From NCBI GenBank assembly GCA_964016885.1, contig OZ024745.1:122946001-123010000 (forward strand): DNA of 64,000 nucleotides, read 5' to 3'. Position 1 is the stretch's first letter. Each line of letters opens with the position of its first letter. The notes beneath the pieces were generated by a model, which ran no database searches, was not told where the DNA came from, and was given only the letters and a program-made list of their open reading frames with translations. Below are positions 13,636 through 28,019 of this stretch, one piece after another. This DNA comes from Eledone cirrhosa. Lineage: Eukaryota. The position numbers and the translations under genes are program-made.

Positions 13636-13795
13636 GCAGGCATGTCAAACTGAGGGTCACCCGAGGACCACATGGGTCACATATGTGTTGTCTGAGGGCC
13701 ACACATGACAACTAATTGCACACATTACAACTAATATTTTTTATTTCATATTATGCTCGCGCTGTAAAAACCTTTGTGCGGGCCGCAGATGTGCT
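13636..13795 (+). mobile_element. hAT (Charlie-like) MITE fragment
   Basis: CAGGCATGTCAAACT start and GAGGGCCAC / GCGGGCCGCAG subterminal-type motifs; the other terminus is not found. Confidence 0.5.
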
Positions 13796-14650
13796 TGTAA
13801 ATGGCCTATATAGAAGAAGAATTGACCCTAGTGCTGGATGATAAAGAGGAAGAATTTACCCTAGTAGTGGACTGGTACATTTTTATTGATCACGAAAAGA
13901 TGATAAGATAAATTGGCCTTGATGGAATTTGAACTCAGAGTTCAGATAGCTAAAACTAATATTGCAACGCTTTCTATCCAACATTTGAATGACACTGCAA
14001 ATTTGCCACCTACATAGCATGGTGTAGGAGATAAAGAAATACGAACATTTCAGAAATAGTGAGAAAAAACAAGAAGTAATATAAAGAAACAGCACTGCTA
14101 CTTTACAGAGTGGACTGGGCGTATTTTTATACCAAGTCACTAAGTGACTTGGTATAAAAATGGTTAAGAGATATCAGCAGTGATTTGCATTGCTATAAAT
14201 TCTGTTGTTACAACCTTGCTAATGTACACTGATAATTTTTCATACCAGACAACATCATTTCCTTAAATCTATCCTAATATTGACCCAACATAACCACAAA
14301 GAACTTGCTAGAATAAGTAAAAGAATAAAAGAGTAAAAGTGGTAAGAAATATGACTTAAACAAGGTATTCAAACTGTTTTCCACTTGACTGGTGCCATTA
14401 TTTTCTAACATATCCAAACTTTTATTGACAACCTGTTAACATTTATTGTCAGTGACATGACAAATTCAAAATGTTAAATCTTCTGCTGAGATGGAAAAAG
14501 GAAATCAGTAAACATTTTAACAGAAGTAATGTTTTCAATCTATGATTCTATGATACACAAACATGATAATCTTATGGGTCACAGTATTTTTCAATGTACA
14601 TATTATGTAAGTATGGATTTTGTGTATGTGTATATGCATAATTACATATA

Positions 14651-14697
<47 letters not shown>

Positions 14698-14711
14698 ATA
14701 TGTAATTATGC

Positions 14712-14773
<62 letters not shown>

Positions 14774-14780
14774 GTAATTA

Positions 14781-14830
<50 letters not shown>

Positions 14831-14849
14831 GTGTGTGTGTATCCCAGTT

Positions 14850-15022
14850 TCAATCAGGGGTAACCACAGTAAGTAAGGTACTCAATACATAGCAGAGTAT
14901 AAATATTTAATATAGAAATGTCTTCTACAGGACTGGAACTGTTTCATTCAAAGGAAATCCTCATGATTTCCTTCGAATGAAACAGTTCTAGTCCTGTAGA
15001 AGCTATTTCTATATTAAATATA
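14850..15022. mobile_element. Asymmetric inverted-repeat element (Penelope pLTR-like)
   Basis: Hairpin 14903-15021 plus a one-sided extension GTAACCACAGTAAGTAAGGTACTCAATAC. Homologues at 18170-18345 and 20348-20535, fragments at 49480-49570. Confidence 0.6.
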
Positions 15023-15319
15023 TATAGAGTATAGGGTAAAATGACAGGGGGCCAGACAGTTTGTATGCCTTTAAATTTTTATTACTCAGACACTATGCAC
15101 ATTTCAGTGGCCAGGTTACGTATGAACCTAGTGATATCATCAGATGTATATTGCATAATAGTTAGGAAGAAACAGAGAATGCAAAAGACTAGAATGAAAA
15201 AAAGAATGTGTTTTTTTTTTGTTTTTGACTCAAAGGTAATTGAATGTCCTGTTGTCATTTGGGCGAATTTCCATATATATATGCGTGTATGTATATAATA
15301 ATAATCATTATTATTATTA

Positions 15320-15432
15320 AGGGCCGAGGTTAACTTTGCCTTTCATCCTTACGGGGTCGATAAAATAAAGTACCAGTAATGTACTGACTGGGATAATTGC
15401 TGGCCTTGTGCCAAAACTAGAAACACTTATTA
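15320..15432 (+). mobile_element. Nin-domain SINE, 5'-truncated
   Basis: Matches the 3' half of the 5560 copy. Confidence 0.82.
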
Positions 15433-16159
15433 AGGCCAGTATTACAATGAAGCCATACCAGGAATGTATGTTTCATTAGTTTGGATGACCAAATTTTCAA
15501 ACTGTGACATATATAATATGTTTAATGGAGTACATGTAAACTGCAAGAATAAGAATTGATACTGTAATTAGACAGAAATATATCATTTATCAACTGAGAA
15601 CTTTGTCACCATGATCCTCTAAAGAAGAGGGAGGAGGAGGAGGAAGAGAAAGTACTAGATAGTTGTAATTAGTATCTGTTTATTCTATTTTTCATTGTCT
15701 GCAGAGTTGAAAGAAGAAAATGGTAGCAACTGTGATCATTTGCTGATAATATGGCACTAATTCTTAATTAATTTGGAAATGATCAGAAAATAATAAAGCA
15801 TTGTCTTTCATTAAACATATGGTAATGAAACAGTTGTGTGTGTGTGTGTGTGTTTTAGTGTGTGTGTGTTAGTGTGTGTGTGTTAGCATGTGTTAGTGTG
15901 TGTGTGTTTGTGTTTGTGTGAGTGTTTGTGCATGTATGTGTGTGTGTTAGTGTTTTTGTGTGTGCATTTGCATGTGTGTGTGTGTGTTAGTATGTGTGTA
16001 TGTGTGTGTGCTTGTGTGTGTGTGTGTTAGTGTGTTTGTGTGTGTGTTAGTGTGTTTGTGTGTGTATAAGTATGGGCTGTACACCAGAACTGTACCGCCC
16101 CAAGCTTATATAAAAAAATATGGATGTTAAAAATATGGTGATGTTAATATATAAGTACA

Positions 16160-16325
16160 AACATGGGCGGAGGTGGTGAGAGCAGACCTCAGATCACTGA
16201 AACTCACGGTGGAGATGACGAAGGACCGTGACAAGTGGAGAGATGATGTGCTGAATAGGACCCGTCCAATCCTTGCAAGCGGGGAAAAGTGGACGTAAAA
16301 TGATGATGATGATGATGATGATGAC
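16160..16325 (+). mobile_element. RTE LINE 3' end with (GAT)n tail
   Basis: TWAEVVRADLRSLKLTVEMTKDRDKWR...KWT* followed by (GAT)n. Confidence 0.8.
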
Positions 16326-16557
16326 AACTGATGATCCATACATTTATAATTGATATATTTATTTCTGATAATCATACAAAGCCATATTTCTTTAGGGGTG
16401 AGGGATAGGTTTAATTGAATCACCCAGCACAGCACATGACAGGAACTTATTTTCTCCACCCTGCAGGGATAAAAGTGATTTAATTCAAGTAGGATTTTAA
16501 TTAAGATACTTGGAAAGCAAAATTAAACCCTGTAATACATTCATCTATCATTTCTGT

Positions 16558-16822
16558 GAAGGCGCATGGCTTAGTGGTTAGAGCATCGGGTTTACAATTG
16601 GGAGGTTGTGAGTTTGATTCTCAGACTGGGCTTTGCGATGTGTTCTTGAGCAAGACACTTTATTTTCACATTGTTCCAGTTCACTCAGTTGTAGAAATGT
16701 GCTGTGACATCACAGATGCCAAGCTGTATCGGCCTTTGCCTTTCCCTGGTCTTCCACAAACTACCTTGCCCGGACTTGAACCTCAGAGGAGAGCTTTCTA
16801 GGTGCAAATCCCATGGTCATGT
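16558..16822 (+). mobile_element. tRNA/CORE-like SINE, body type 2
   Basis: Same head as 6940; body GCCAAGCTGTATCGGCC...TTTCTAGGTGCAAATCCCATGGTCAT shared with 56435-56770. Confidence 0.85.
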
Positions 16823-16854
16823 AAATAGTTATTTCTTTTAAGTAACTTATACAT

Positions 16855-17080
16855 TTAACCCTTTAGCATTTAAACCAGCCATATCCAGCCAGAGTTCTTT
16901 CACTTTTTTCTGTTCAAACACACTGTAACCGGTAGCTCATACTTATGTTAAGGTGTTATTCTCAAAATAAATATATCAAAATCTCATAAATTCGATATTT
17001 TGTAAGATATTATGTGAGGCAAAACCTTTACATGAAAAAACAATAGTATATATAGAGTAATGTAAATGCTAAAGGGTTAA
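16855..17080. mobile_element. piggyBac-type TTAA MITE (P1)
   Basis: TTAA-CCCTTTAGCATTTA TIRs at both ends. Confidence 0.88.
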
Positions 17081-18425
17081 ACCTGTATATCATTTGTACA
17101 TATATATGTTGAATAATTATGTAATTATATCCTAGAAATAAATTTTTTATATAATTACATTAATCACTTCTACATGTCCAGTAATCAACATAAACTATAG
17201 GGTTTCTCTTATACAAACTATAAATTTATCAAATCACAAATATCCCAATATGTATGATTGTTCATATATCCACAAATCCTGGTCTATATGGCATACCAAT
17301 CCTGGTCTCCAAACATTAAATACATTCAATGCTATTGTTACCATTATTGATGACACTGGTCTACTTGTTTTCAAATAGGCTTATGTAGCCAGTAAACCCT
17401 AAAGCGACGCAAAACACATCACTACATCGTTTCACCAGCCCCTTCCTTCTGTTGTCTGTACCTGTTTATGTATTTACGGGTAGATGTGTTAACTAAAGTG
17501 CAACGTACGTTATGAATGGATGACTAAATGATTTTATCCCTTTTTTAACATTTGTTGGTGGAAAAAAATTCATATTGGCTGAACTGAGGTCACAACTCAT
17601 GGTGTCTAACACTCTTACCGGCTAAATAGCCTCTTCCACTAGTATTCACGATGATGACACTGTGAATAACACATGAGAATGCTATCATATCAAAACAATA
17701 GTCTAAAAGAGGGAAAGTCATAAAAATGACAGCACTGGAGATCCTCTCAGGAAGGGTGAACACATTTGATCTAGAACAGTCTTATATACTTTTTGGCTAT
17801 GAGTAGGGAATAAAAATAGACAAGATGAAATTGAAATATAAAGGAAAAATCTGATCAAACGGTAACTATTGAATCAAACTATAGAAAAATCTAGCATAGC
17901 TTCAGTAAGAGAGTAATGAACATATTTTGATTCAGCAAAATACATAGGGAGAGATGCTGGGTGGAATAATTTTCTGAAACTCGAGAGCGAATATTCATGC
18001 ACGAGATGAAAGTATAGTTCATGCAAAACTGAGACGAAAAATGGTGGAAACAGAAGTGTTAAGTATGAAATATATATACATATATACATATGGACGGTAA
18101 ACGATGATGATGATGATATATATATATATATATTATATTGAAATATATATATATATATATATATATCTTTATTTAATATAGCAATGACTTCCACAGGAAT
18201 AGAACTGTTTCATTTGTATGAATTCACCAGGAGAGACATAAGAATGAAGCAGATCTAGTCTTGTAGGAGCCAGTTCTATATAAAATAAACATTCCTATAC
18301 CCTACTAACGTATTGAGTACCTTTTATAACTGTGGTCACCTCTTGATACACATCAGGTATCCACTCATAACTGTACATATGTATATATATGTATATATAT
18401 AAATACGATGATAATTGATATAAAA

Positions 18426-18474
<49 letters not shown>

Positions 18475-18498
18475 CATATACAAATATGTATATATATA

Positions 18499-18546
<48 letters not shown>

Positions 18547-18586
18547 TATATATATATATATATATGTACACATATATATATAGTGA

Positions 18587-18772
18587 AATAATTGTTTCTA
18601 CTTTAGGCACAAGGCCAGCAATTACCCAGTGCATTACTGGTACTTTATTTTATCGACCCCGTAAGGATGAAAGGCAAAGTCAACCTCGGCAGGATTTGAA
18701 CTCAGATCGTAAAGGGACGTAACTATGCTACAAAGCATGGCGTCCGACCCTCTACCGATACTAACAATCCAC
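18587..18772 (-). mobile_element. Nin-domain SINE
   Basis: Reverse-complement copy of 5560-5753. Confidence 0.88.
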
Positions 18773-18949
18773 AATGAAGAGTAACATGGTTGGCTGTACA
18801 ACAAGGGGTTTTATTTCAGGTATTGACAATTGTTTTATTGATCAGGTGAGTCTAGAGGTCGCTAATTGCTTGAAGTTGCGTCACTCGATCTCCATTACAT
18901 TATTTACCTCTCACCAACTCCTCAGAATACAAAAACAATTCACTCAGGC

Positions 18950-19668
<719 letters not shown>

Positions 19669-20035
19669 CCGTTTCCTATAACTGCTCGTTCTCTTTGCCG
19701 TTAGCAACATGCGTTCATTTGATTGAACCATCTCTTTCCTTTTGTTTCTCTTTCTTGTACATATATGCCATGATTCTCTTCTCTTTCTTTCAGCTTCACT
19801 ATTCCCTCCGCCTCACTTCCTGTATCAACACACACAACACTTCATCTCCCAAAACAATTTGTTCCATCTCTTCAATTCTATCAGGTTGTTCTACATCAAA
19901 TATGATATGAAACTCCAACAAAGCTAAGCACTATTTATTTTCCCATTATTTCATTCCATTTTATTTTATTCTATTTTATTCTATCTTATTTTATTTTATT
20001 TATTTCTTCGTCAACGCAATTCCAATATTTTCCAC

Positions 20036-20231
20036 AGGGCAGTGGATTAACAGTATCAGTAGAGCGTCAGACACCATGCTTTGCAGCATAGAGTTATGGC
20101 CCTTTATGTTCTGAGTTCAAATCTCGCTGAGGTTAGCTTTGCCTTTCATCCTTATGGGGTCGCTAAAATAAAGTACTAGCTATGCACTGGGGGTAATTGT
20201 TGGCCTTGTGCCAAACGTAGAAATAATTATT
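20036..20231 (+). mobile_element. Nin-domain SINE
   Basis: Full-length homologue. Confidence 0.86.
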
Positions 20232-20289
20232 TCCCATAAATATAACCATAAAAATGTATATGTATATATGTATATGTATATATATATAT

Positions 20290-20343
<54 letters not shown>

Positions 20344-20690
20344 AAGATTTAATATAGAAAAGGCTTCTACAGGATTAGAACTGTTTCATTCATATGAAGC
20401 CATCAAGAATGACTGATGATTTGCTATGAATGAAACAGTTCTAGTCCTGTAGAAACCTTATCTATATTAAATATTTGTTGTTCTCACTCTGCTTATGTAT
20501 TGAGTACCTTATTTACTGTGATTACCCCTGATTCTACTCGGGATCTACATACATATATATGTTTGTGTGTGTATGTCTGTATGTGTGTGAGAGAGAGAGA
20601 GGGAGAGAGAAAACAAAAAAAAGTGATATGCTATATTGTAATTAAGAAAAACAGGATAGAAAAGAAAGATGACAAATGCATACTGCTCCA

Positions 20691-20877
20691 TTGACCCTTT
20701 AGCATTTAAACCGGCTCTATCCAGCCACTCATACTGATGTTATGCTATTGTTCTCTAAATGAATAACATCAAAACCTCATAGATTCAATATCATGTGAGA
20801 TAATTATGTAAGATAAAGCCCCCTTACCACAATAATACAATAGTATATATAAAGTAATGTAAATGCTAAAGGGTTAA
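20691..20877. mobile_element. P1 MITE, internally deleted
   Basis: Both TIRs present, ~40 bp shorter than other copies. Confidence 0.82.
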
Positions 20878-22088
20878 CATAGAAGCAGAAATGTTGGCAA
20901 GAATTACACACTTGTTTGGTGGAGAGGAAAGTAAATTTGGTAAAGACGTAGTGGATAAAGACATAGTTGAAATGGAATAAATGTCATGAAATGTGATAAA
21001 AGAAACTACAAAATCTGGTGGATTATTAAAAAAACTCCAAACAGCAAAATATCTCAGAACTAAATCTTAGGTAATATTATGATAAAACTCAACAAAGGGA
21101 AGTATTTAAGAGCTTATATCACAAAAGCTATGGTTGCTTAATCTGTAACTTGAATTCATGGAAAATTTGCTCCAGCTTGATGAGCCTCCGGGCTTGAGAC
21201 AGACTTTAGACTTTAGACATATGTTGAGACACAGCTCAACCATCAAACAATATAAATACATACTTAGGGCACCAAGACAAGGGGAATCAAAGAGGTTTTC
21301 CCATTCCAGATTTACCACATTACTTATAGTAAATTATAACTGCTTTATTTGATGAATATAAAAATGTTGAAAATTTACATTTCTTTATTCTTTTGTCCTA
21401 GTTACTGATAAATAATTTGCTTCTATTGCTTATGATTATTTAATGTCATCTTAGATGATGAAAAGACCAAGTGGCATCCTTTTGAGGCTGTGCTTCACCC
21501 TTATGATACCAACCCACCCAAAATGGTCTCTGGTGCTACAAAACAAAATCCTCCATTTGAAAGGATTCCTATTTAAATTAAACTCTTCTTACATAATTTA
21601 TACCATTTGTTAAATATTATGAACACATTCTTTATAATTATATAATAGTATTAGTAAATCTCATTAAATCTTTCATTAATTAATTCAAATGCAGTGTAAT
21701 TTATTAGAAATATAGTAAATAAAAGGTTAAGGCAAAATCTGGCCCCACCAATTGCCATAAATTTAGATTTAAATTTAGGAAAACATTACCTAAATCATGT
21801 ATAGGCTATTAATATTGCTTGTATCAGGAGAAAAAAAAAATAAAGTCATGAAAAAAATGTGTGAAGCACATAAAAATATCAATAACATAGTGGAAATATA
21901 TGAGATGATGAATGTGTGTGTTATGGTAATTGGTTGGTGAGGCAGAGCAACTGTTGAAATTGAAAGTTCGGTGAAGCTGATGCAAAAGTTGAATCAATAG
22001 TATAAGTGGAAATTTGGTTAAAAGAATGACAGTATCTGTGGTCAAAATACTTAGTTATGAAATGTCTCAGTCTATCTAGTTGTAAATC

Positions 22089-22378
22089 TGGAGCATGTAG
22101 TCTAGTGGTAAGGGTGTTGGACTTATGACTATAAAGTTGTGGGTTCAATTCCTGGACTGGGTTGTGTGTTGTGTTCTTGAGCAAAACACTTCATTTCATG
22201 TTGCTCCAGTATACTCAACTGAAAATGAGTACCAGCAATAGCTAGAAGTTTAACCCTGTGATGGTTTGCCATCCTGTCCAGGGGAGTATTGTACTCTCAG
22301 TCACTTAGCACCATGGAAACCAGGATAGGCACTGGTCTAATGAGCCACTGGGCTTGAGACAGACTTTAGACTAGACAT
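22089..22378 (+). mobile_element. tRNA/CORE-like SINE, body type 3
   Basis: Same head; body CCCTGTGATGG..CCTGTCCAGGGG...GAGACAGACTTTAGACT. Confidence 0.85.
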
Positions 22379-23009
22379 CTAGTTGTAAATATGTAGCATA
22401 AGACAAGACTACACAAATGACAAGTATTTTGTTAACATGTTGTGCTGAGCTCAACTCTTCTTGTAGATCTGGTGAAGTCACTCCAGTATTCACAATAGAT
22501 TTTACCAATTGTCTCAGGTGGATTTGTTATTGAATCTGAACAGACTCTAGTTTAGATTATAGGGTGTATGCAATGACTAATGAACAACAGCTTAACCCCT
22601 GTTAAACTCATTATGTAGCAGCGTTTCTTTGCAAGGGGGACAGTCTCTTTGTTCACAACAGATTTCAATCATCTTTCTCTTTCGCTCACACTGGCTGTGT
22701 GATTAAGAAGTTGACTTCATAATCATGAGGCTCTAGGTTTAATTCTACTTCACATCTTGGACAAATGGTTGACTCAATCTTATATGTGATATTCAATGGA
22801 TGAAAAACATACTGGGTGAACTGTAACTCTAATTGAAAGTTCCAACTTTTTCACATTGTGTTGCACTGATTCTCTCTGATTGTGTCAAGATGTAGTTAAT
22901 CTCCTTACTTTTTTTTTTATTAATACCCGAGTTCAAATTGTGTCTCCCCCCACTGGAAATATGCTGACATTCTACCAAATGTTGCAATAATTGACAGATA
23001 ATATCAGCA

Positions 23010-23468
23010 ATGTAAAGTCCAGTGAAAACATAGTTTCCTTGGTTAAAATGGTGATCAGTTCCTTTTCTTAAGATTTGCAATTATAATTGCAAATCTTCTA
23101 CTATAAATCGTCTACTATAATTGCAAATCTATCTACCAATAATTATTGGTAGATAGTATCAGAAATGGATAGTTTCCTATGTCCAACCTGACAATCATTT
23201 TTTTTTTTCCTTTGGAGTTGAAATGAAAGGCAAATAATATCAGCAATGAAAAGTCTAATGGAAACATAGTTTTCTTTGTCTAATCTGGCAACTGGCTCCT
23301 TTCCTTGGGAGCTTCAATGACTGGTAGATAGTATCTGTAATAGAAACATAGTTTCCTTGGTCCAATCTGACAACTGGTTCCTTTACTTGGGAGTTTCAAT
23401 GACTAGTAGATAGTATTGACAATGGAAACATAGCTTCCTTGGTCCAATCTCACAACTGGTTCCTTTCG
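23010..23468 (+). repeat. Degenerate ~80-bp tandem repeat
   Basis: About five copies of GGAAACATAGTTTCCTTGGTCCAATCTGACAACTGGTTCCTTT; a reverse fragment lies at ~56215-56278. Confidence 0.8.
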
Positions 23469-23832
23469 TTTCCCTGTTTTCAATTTCTGACTATTGCTGG
23501 ATTTATTAAACTGGCATATTTTTTTATATTCTTTTTGTGTGTATATAATTGGTTTTAAAGAATTTTTTCAAGTAAAACTTACTATTAATATAATTTTTTA
23601 CATCATGCAAAAGACTATTAGTCTAAAGTAGATAAATGTCAGTCAACATCAGCAACATTTCACTGTTTCGTATTCTTGATGGATCTTTCTAGAAGGAAAT
23701 GTTTGATTTGTTCTAATTATCTGAACTGAAACTTAACAACATGACAGAATATCACAGGAAATGGAGCTGTGTTTCTCATATTTAAGTTCAACACTCAGGT
23801 CCATCATCTTGTAAATCATATTATGTAGACAC

Positions 23833-23842
23833 ACTACTACTA

Positions 23843-23875
<33 letters not shown>

Positions 23876-23956
23876 TTGCTACTACTACTGTTGCTACTAC
23901 TACTACTACTACTACTACTACTGCTGCTGCTGTTGCTACTACTACTGTTGCTGCTG

Positions 23957-24009
<53 letters not shown>

Positions 24010-24043
24010 GCTGCTGCTGTTGCTACTACTACTGTTGCTGCTG

Positions 24044-24093
<50 letters not shown>

Positions 24094-24109
24094 GTTTCTG
24101 CTGCGGCTG

Positions 24110-24147
<38 letters not shown>

Positions 24148-24195
24148 ACCACTACCACTACTGTTGTTGTTGCTGCTGCTGTTGCTGCTACCACC

Positions 24196-24227
<32 letters not shown>

Positions 24228-24228
24228 A
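23833..24228. repeat. Compound (TAC)n/(TGC)n microsatellite
   Basis: Direct reading; explains the poly-V/S/L ORFs. Confidence 0.97.
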
Positions 24229-24607
24229 CATGAAAGTTTGCAATATTTCAAACTAATGTCTCTCTATCTCTGCTTGTTCTAAAGATTTTGAATTAAATTA
24301 ATTCTTTCATTACCATATTTCTAATAATATATGCTACCTATTATTTTTAAATAATTTTAGAAAATAATCAGAAATTTGGAGGAATTTAGTAAAATGATTC
24401 TATTTTCATTAGTAAACAGATGTTTGGAACATTACTTAACAAATAGATTCTTGCATAAAATTATGATAGAATATTTTGATTTAAATATGAATATTCTAAA
24501 ATGGATAGGTCTGTATCTTAAAACCAAAGATAGTTTCAGATAGGTTGGTATCTAAAGTGTGAAACGGATTATTTGAAACTTTTACAACCTCAACAATCTT
24601 TATAACT

Positions 24608-24744
24608 TTAATCCTTTAGCATTTACATTACTCTATATATACTATATGTATTTTCATGGTAGAGGCTTTACCTTATATAGTTATCTCACATAATATTGAA
24701 TCTACAAGATTTTGATGTTATTTATTTTGAGAACAATACCTTAA
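24608..24744. mobile_element. P1 MITE, truncated
   Basis: One end (TTAATCCTTTAGCATTTACATTACTC); homology stops at an internal CCTTAA. Confidence 0.75.
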
Positions 24745-24834
24745 TGTAGCCTCAGGCTCAGTAATGCCTTGTGAGTTAAATTGGTAGCCAGAAAATGTGT
24801 GGAAACCCATCATATATATATATATATATATATA

Positions 24835-25772
24835 GCAAAGGAATTGTGGTAAGGAACCAGATGGACCATAACGCACCAGAGTACTCAATACTTAGGGTAG
24901 TAGAGTGGGAAATAGGAAAAAGTATGGCCCCGACAGCAGAGCTCAAGCCGTTTTGACGGCTATTTCTGGACTAAATACTTCCTTGTCAAGGAAATACCTC
25001 TTGACAAGTTCAGCTATTTATTCACCAGGCTAAAAATTCTAATTTAGTCCAGAAATAGCCGTCGAAACGGCTTGAGCACTGCCGTCGGGGTCATACTTTT
25101 TCCTATATATATATATATATATATTCTAAACCCATGCTAGCGTGGAAGATAGACATTAAACGATGATGATGATGATGATGATGATATATATATACACATA
25201 TAGTAATAATAAATGTGAAGACTAAAATCCGAAGAGTGCTCGATAAGGATTATATATATATATATTATATAAATATATAAATATATATATACATCATCAT
25301 CATCATCATCATCATCACCGTTTTACGTCCGTTCTTCCACGCTAGCATGGGTTAGACGGGTTGTCCTGTTGTGGGCAGTGTCTGGTCGGCTGACCATGCC
25401 TTGCTCATACATTGCATATATATATATATAAACTTGTTGGTGTTAGGAAGGGCATCCAGCTGTAAAAAAACCTGCCAGAGACGCTTCCGTGAGAGCAAGA
25501 CATGGTCTCCCGACCATTCCTGCATCAAATGGAACAAAACCGTCTAACCCATGCTAGCGTGGAAGATGGACATTAAACGATGATGATGATGATGATGATG
25601 ATGAAACTCGTTAAGGGTGAAAGCAGCGACTCTTTGCTTAAACTTTAATCTTTTCTTATAATAAATAAATAAATATATATATATATATATATTACCCACT
25701 CTACTACTCTAAGTATTGAGTACTCTGGTGCATTATGGTCCATCTAGTTCCTTACCACAACTCCTTCGTTAT
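24835..25772. mobile_element. Inverted-repeat element (probably Penelope-like) with interrupted right arm
   Basis: 24912-24976 pairs with 25042-25106, and 24835-24910 pairs with 25695-25772; SINE tails are inserted between. Confidence 0.6.
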
Positions 25773-25852
25773 ATATATATACATTGTAGTACAAAGTTGG
25801 TATAAATATCCAGGAGTTTAGAGCACTTAGTTTGTGGAACAAGTTATATATA

Positions 25853-26005
25853 AGTTACAACAGTGGCATATGTAGACACTTAAGTTTCATTGGGTTATTG
25901 CACCAACTCATTCAGTCTGCCATAATGTCACAATATGTCAGACAGAATGAGTTGGCATAATAACAAAATGAAACTTAAGTATCTGCATATATCACTATTG
26001 TAACT
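25853..26005. repeat. ~153-bp palindrome
   Basis: ACTTAAGTTTCATT / AATGAAACTTAAGT and CCAACTCATTC / GAATGAGTTGG. Confidence 0.85.
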
Positions 26006-26375
26006 GATTATAAATGTGTGTGTGTGTGTGTGTGTGTGTTTTGTTTGTCTTCACATTGACACAGTTTAGGCAATTGGTGCTATTTGTCTATATCCTTGTA
26101 GTTTGACATACAGAAATCATAGCCAAGTAACAGTTGACACCAGCCATAGACTACTGCCTCAAAAAACTTCTCATGTAACTTATACCAGTTTGGTAAAGCA
26201 GATATAAAGACTATGATGAAGCAAATGAAAGAAGTAGTGTTATGGAATTTCTTCAAGTGTACAATATAATGGATCTATCAGAAATGGTTTGAACTGATGA
26301 TCATGGGGGGATGTTCACCACCACATGTTATTAGTTTTCAGTTGAGATATGGGATTGATTTTATTCATTTCTTCC

Positions 26376-26584
26376 TAAACCCTTTAACATTTCGTTACTC
26401 TATATATATTATTGTATTTTTGCAGTAAAGGCTTCATCTTAAACAATTATCTCATATAATATCGAATCTATGAGATTTTGATGTTATTTATTTTGAGAAA
26501 AATGCCTTAATATCAGTATGAGTGACCAGCTACGACAAGTTTGAATAGAAAGAGGTGAGATAATTCTGACCAGATATGCTAAAG
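26376..26584. mobile_element. P1 MITE, degenerate
   Basis: Same internal sequence, eroded TIRs. Confidence 0.75.
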
Positions 26585-27038
26585 ATTCTTTCTCTGATGA
26601 AAGGCAAACACAACAAAAAAATCTTTTCTGTATTCTAAGAAGAAATAAAACCTGTTGTGCAACCATTTTGTTTACTTTCCACGCTGAGTTTAAAATTATC
26701 TGTTTATTAATAGAGGTATACATTACATTTGAAATTATCCCAAAACGCTATGTAGTGTGTTGATCAATAAGTATGAACTTTTGCAAATTTCATGTCTCGT
26801 CGTATTTATGTTTTTGTGTCTATATGGCAGTTATACATGAAGATGTATATGTGCATATATATAGTGATATTATTGTTGGAGATAACTTTCATTTCATTTA
26901 CACTTTTGAACATAAATATCACAAACTAACATTTCTTTTCTATAAATGTCTCAGGTTTCAATTTAATATAAGAAACAATTGCTATATGGAAATACACATT
27001 TAACATGAACATATGATATATATACATATATATAATAT

Positions 27039-27089
<51 letters not shown>

Positions 27090-27619
27090 AATGTCATATA
27101 AAGTGTGACAATAACCACTGTTATTTCAGTCTTTTGAGGTTTCAAGCAGACATATGATGTAAGGCCAGCTGCTAACTAACAAGATGATTCATGAAGCAAA
27201 CATTTGAATTTTATTTATTTGGTTTCTTCTACATTAGCCTCCATGATATGATTCCGATTTATATCTACTCTAATACTATTTATTACTGTGTCTATTTTTG
27301 TTATCTATAATCTTCCATTATCTCCTTTCATAATTTGTAAATTTACAGAAGCTTACTATCATTTATTACTTTTAGGCAATACAGATTTAAAATAAATATC
27401 AACACACTTTCACAAATCTTATTTAATAACCACAAAATGGGCATAGGAATTTAATTAAAACTTTTTGTATGAATGAATTTTAAATAATAATTTATTTAAC
27501 ATAGATTCAAGAAAGAAACTTCTATTTTCATATAATTGATGCCAAATTTCAGATCTCTGTTCCCTATCAAGTAAATAGACTTTCATCAGTTTTGAGTATT
27601 TCATTTAATCAATCAACAG

Positions 27620-27845
27620 AATATCCAGAGATCACATCTCTGATACTATGGGAATGTGGTTAGAATGTCTCAGGAAGGAATTGCTGGACAGATTTTACAG
27701 GCGAAACCAACAGGTAGGAGACCCAGGGGCAGACCCCGAGCAAGATGGTCATGCTTAGGGATCCAGCTGGATCAATTGGAGTTGGTTGCTTCTGACAGGA
27801 CCCGCTGATGTCTCTGTCCCCACGACCTTCTCAGGAAAATGTAGC
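27620..27845 (+). mobile_element. RTE (Rex3/Expander-like) LINE 3' fragment
   Basis: GNVVRMSQEGIAGQILQAKPTGRRPRGRPRARW ... PRPSQE. Confidence 0.75.
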
Positions 27846-28019
27846 AAAAAAGAAGAAAAGAACAGAATGTCCAACTAATTAAATTATTGTTTAAGTGGCT
27901 AAGTAGTCCACAAATACATTCACAATGTCATTCTCTGGGAAATTCAGGGTTACTTAGGGACAATTTATCAGATAAACTTCTGAATATGAATTGTCAAACA
28001 AATTTAACACATAAGGCTT

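Noticed and set aside
15685-15760. Splice acceptor TTTTTCATTGTCTGCAG with short exon
   Set aside because: Such sites occur by chance; no convincing donor or recognisable peptide.
23733-24256. Poly-Val/Ser/Leu ORFs
   Set aside because: Translations of the (TAC/TGC)n microsatellite.
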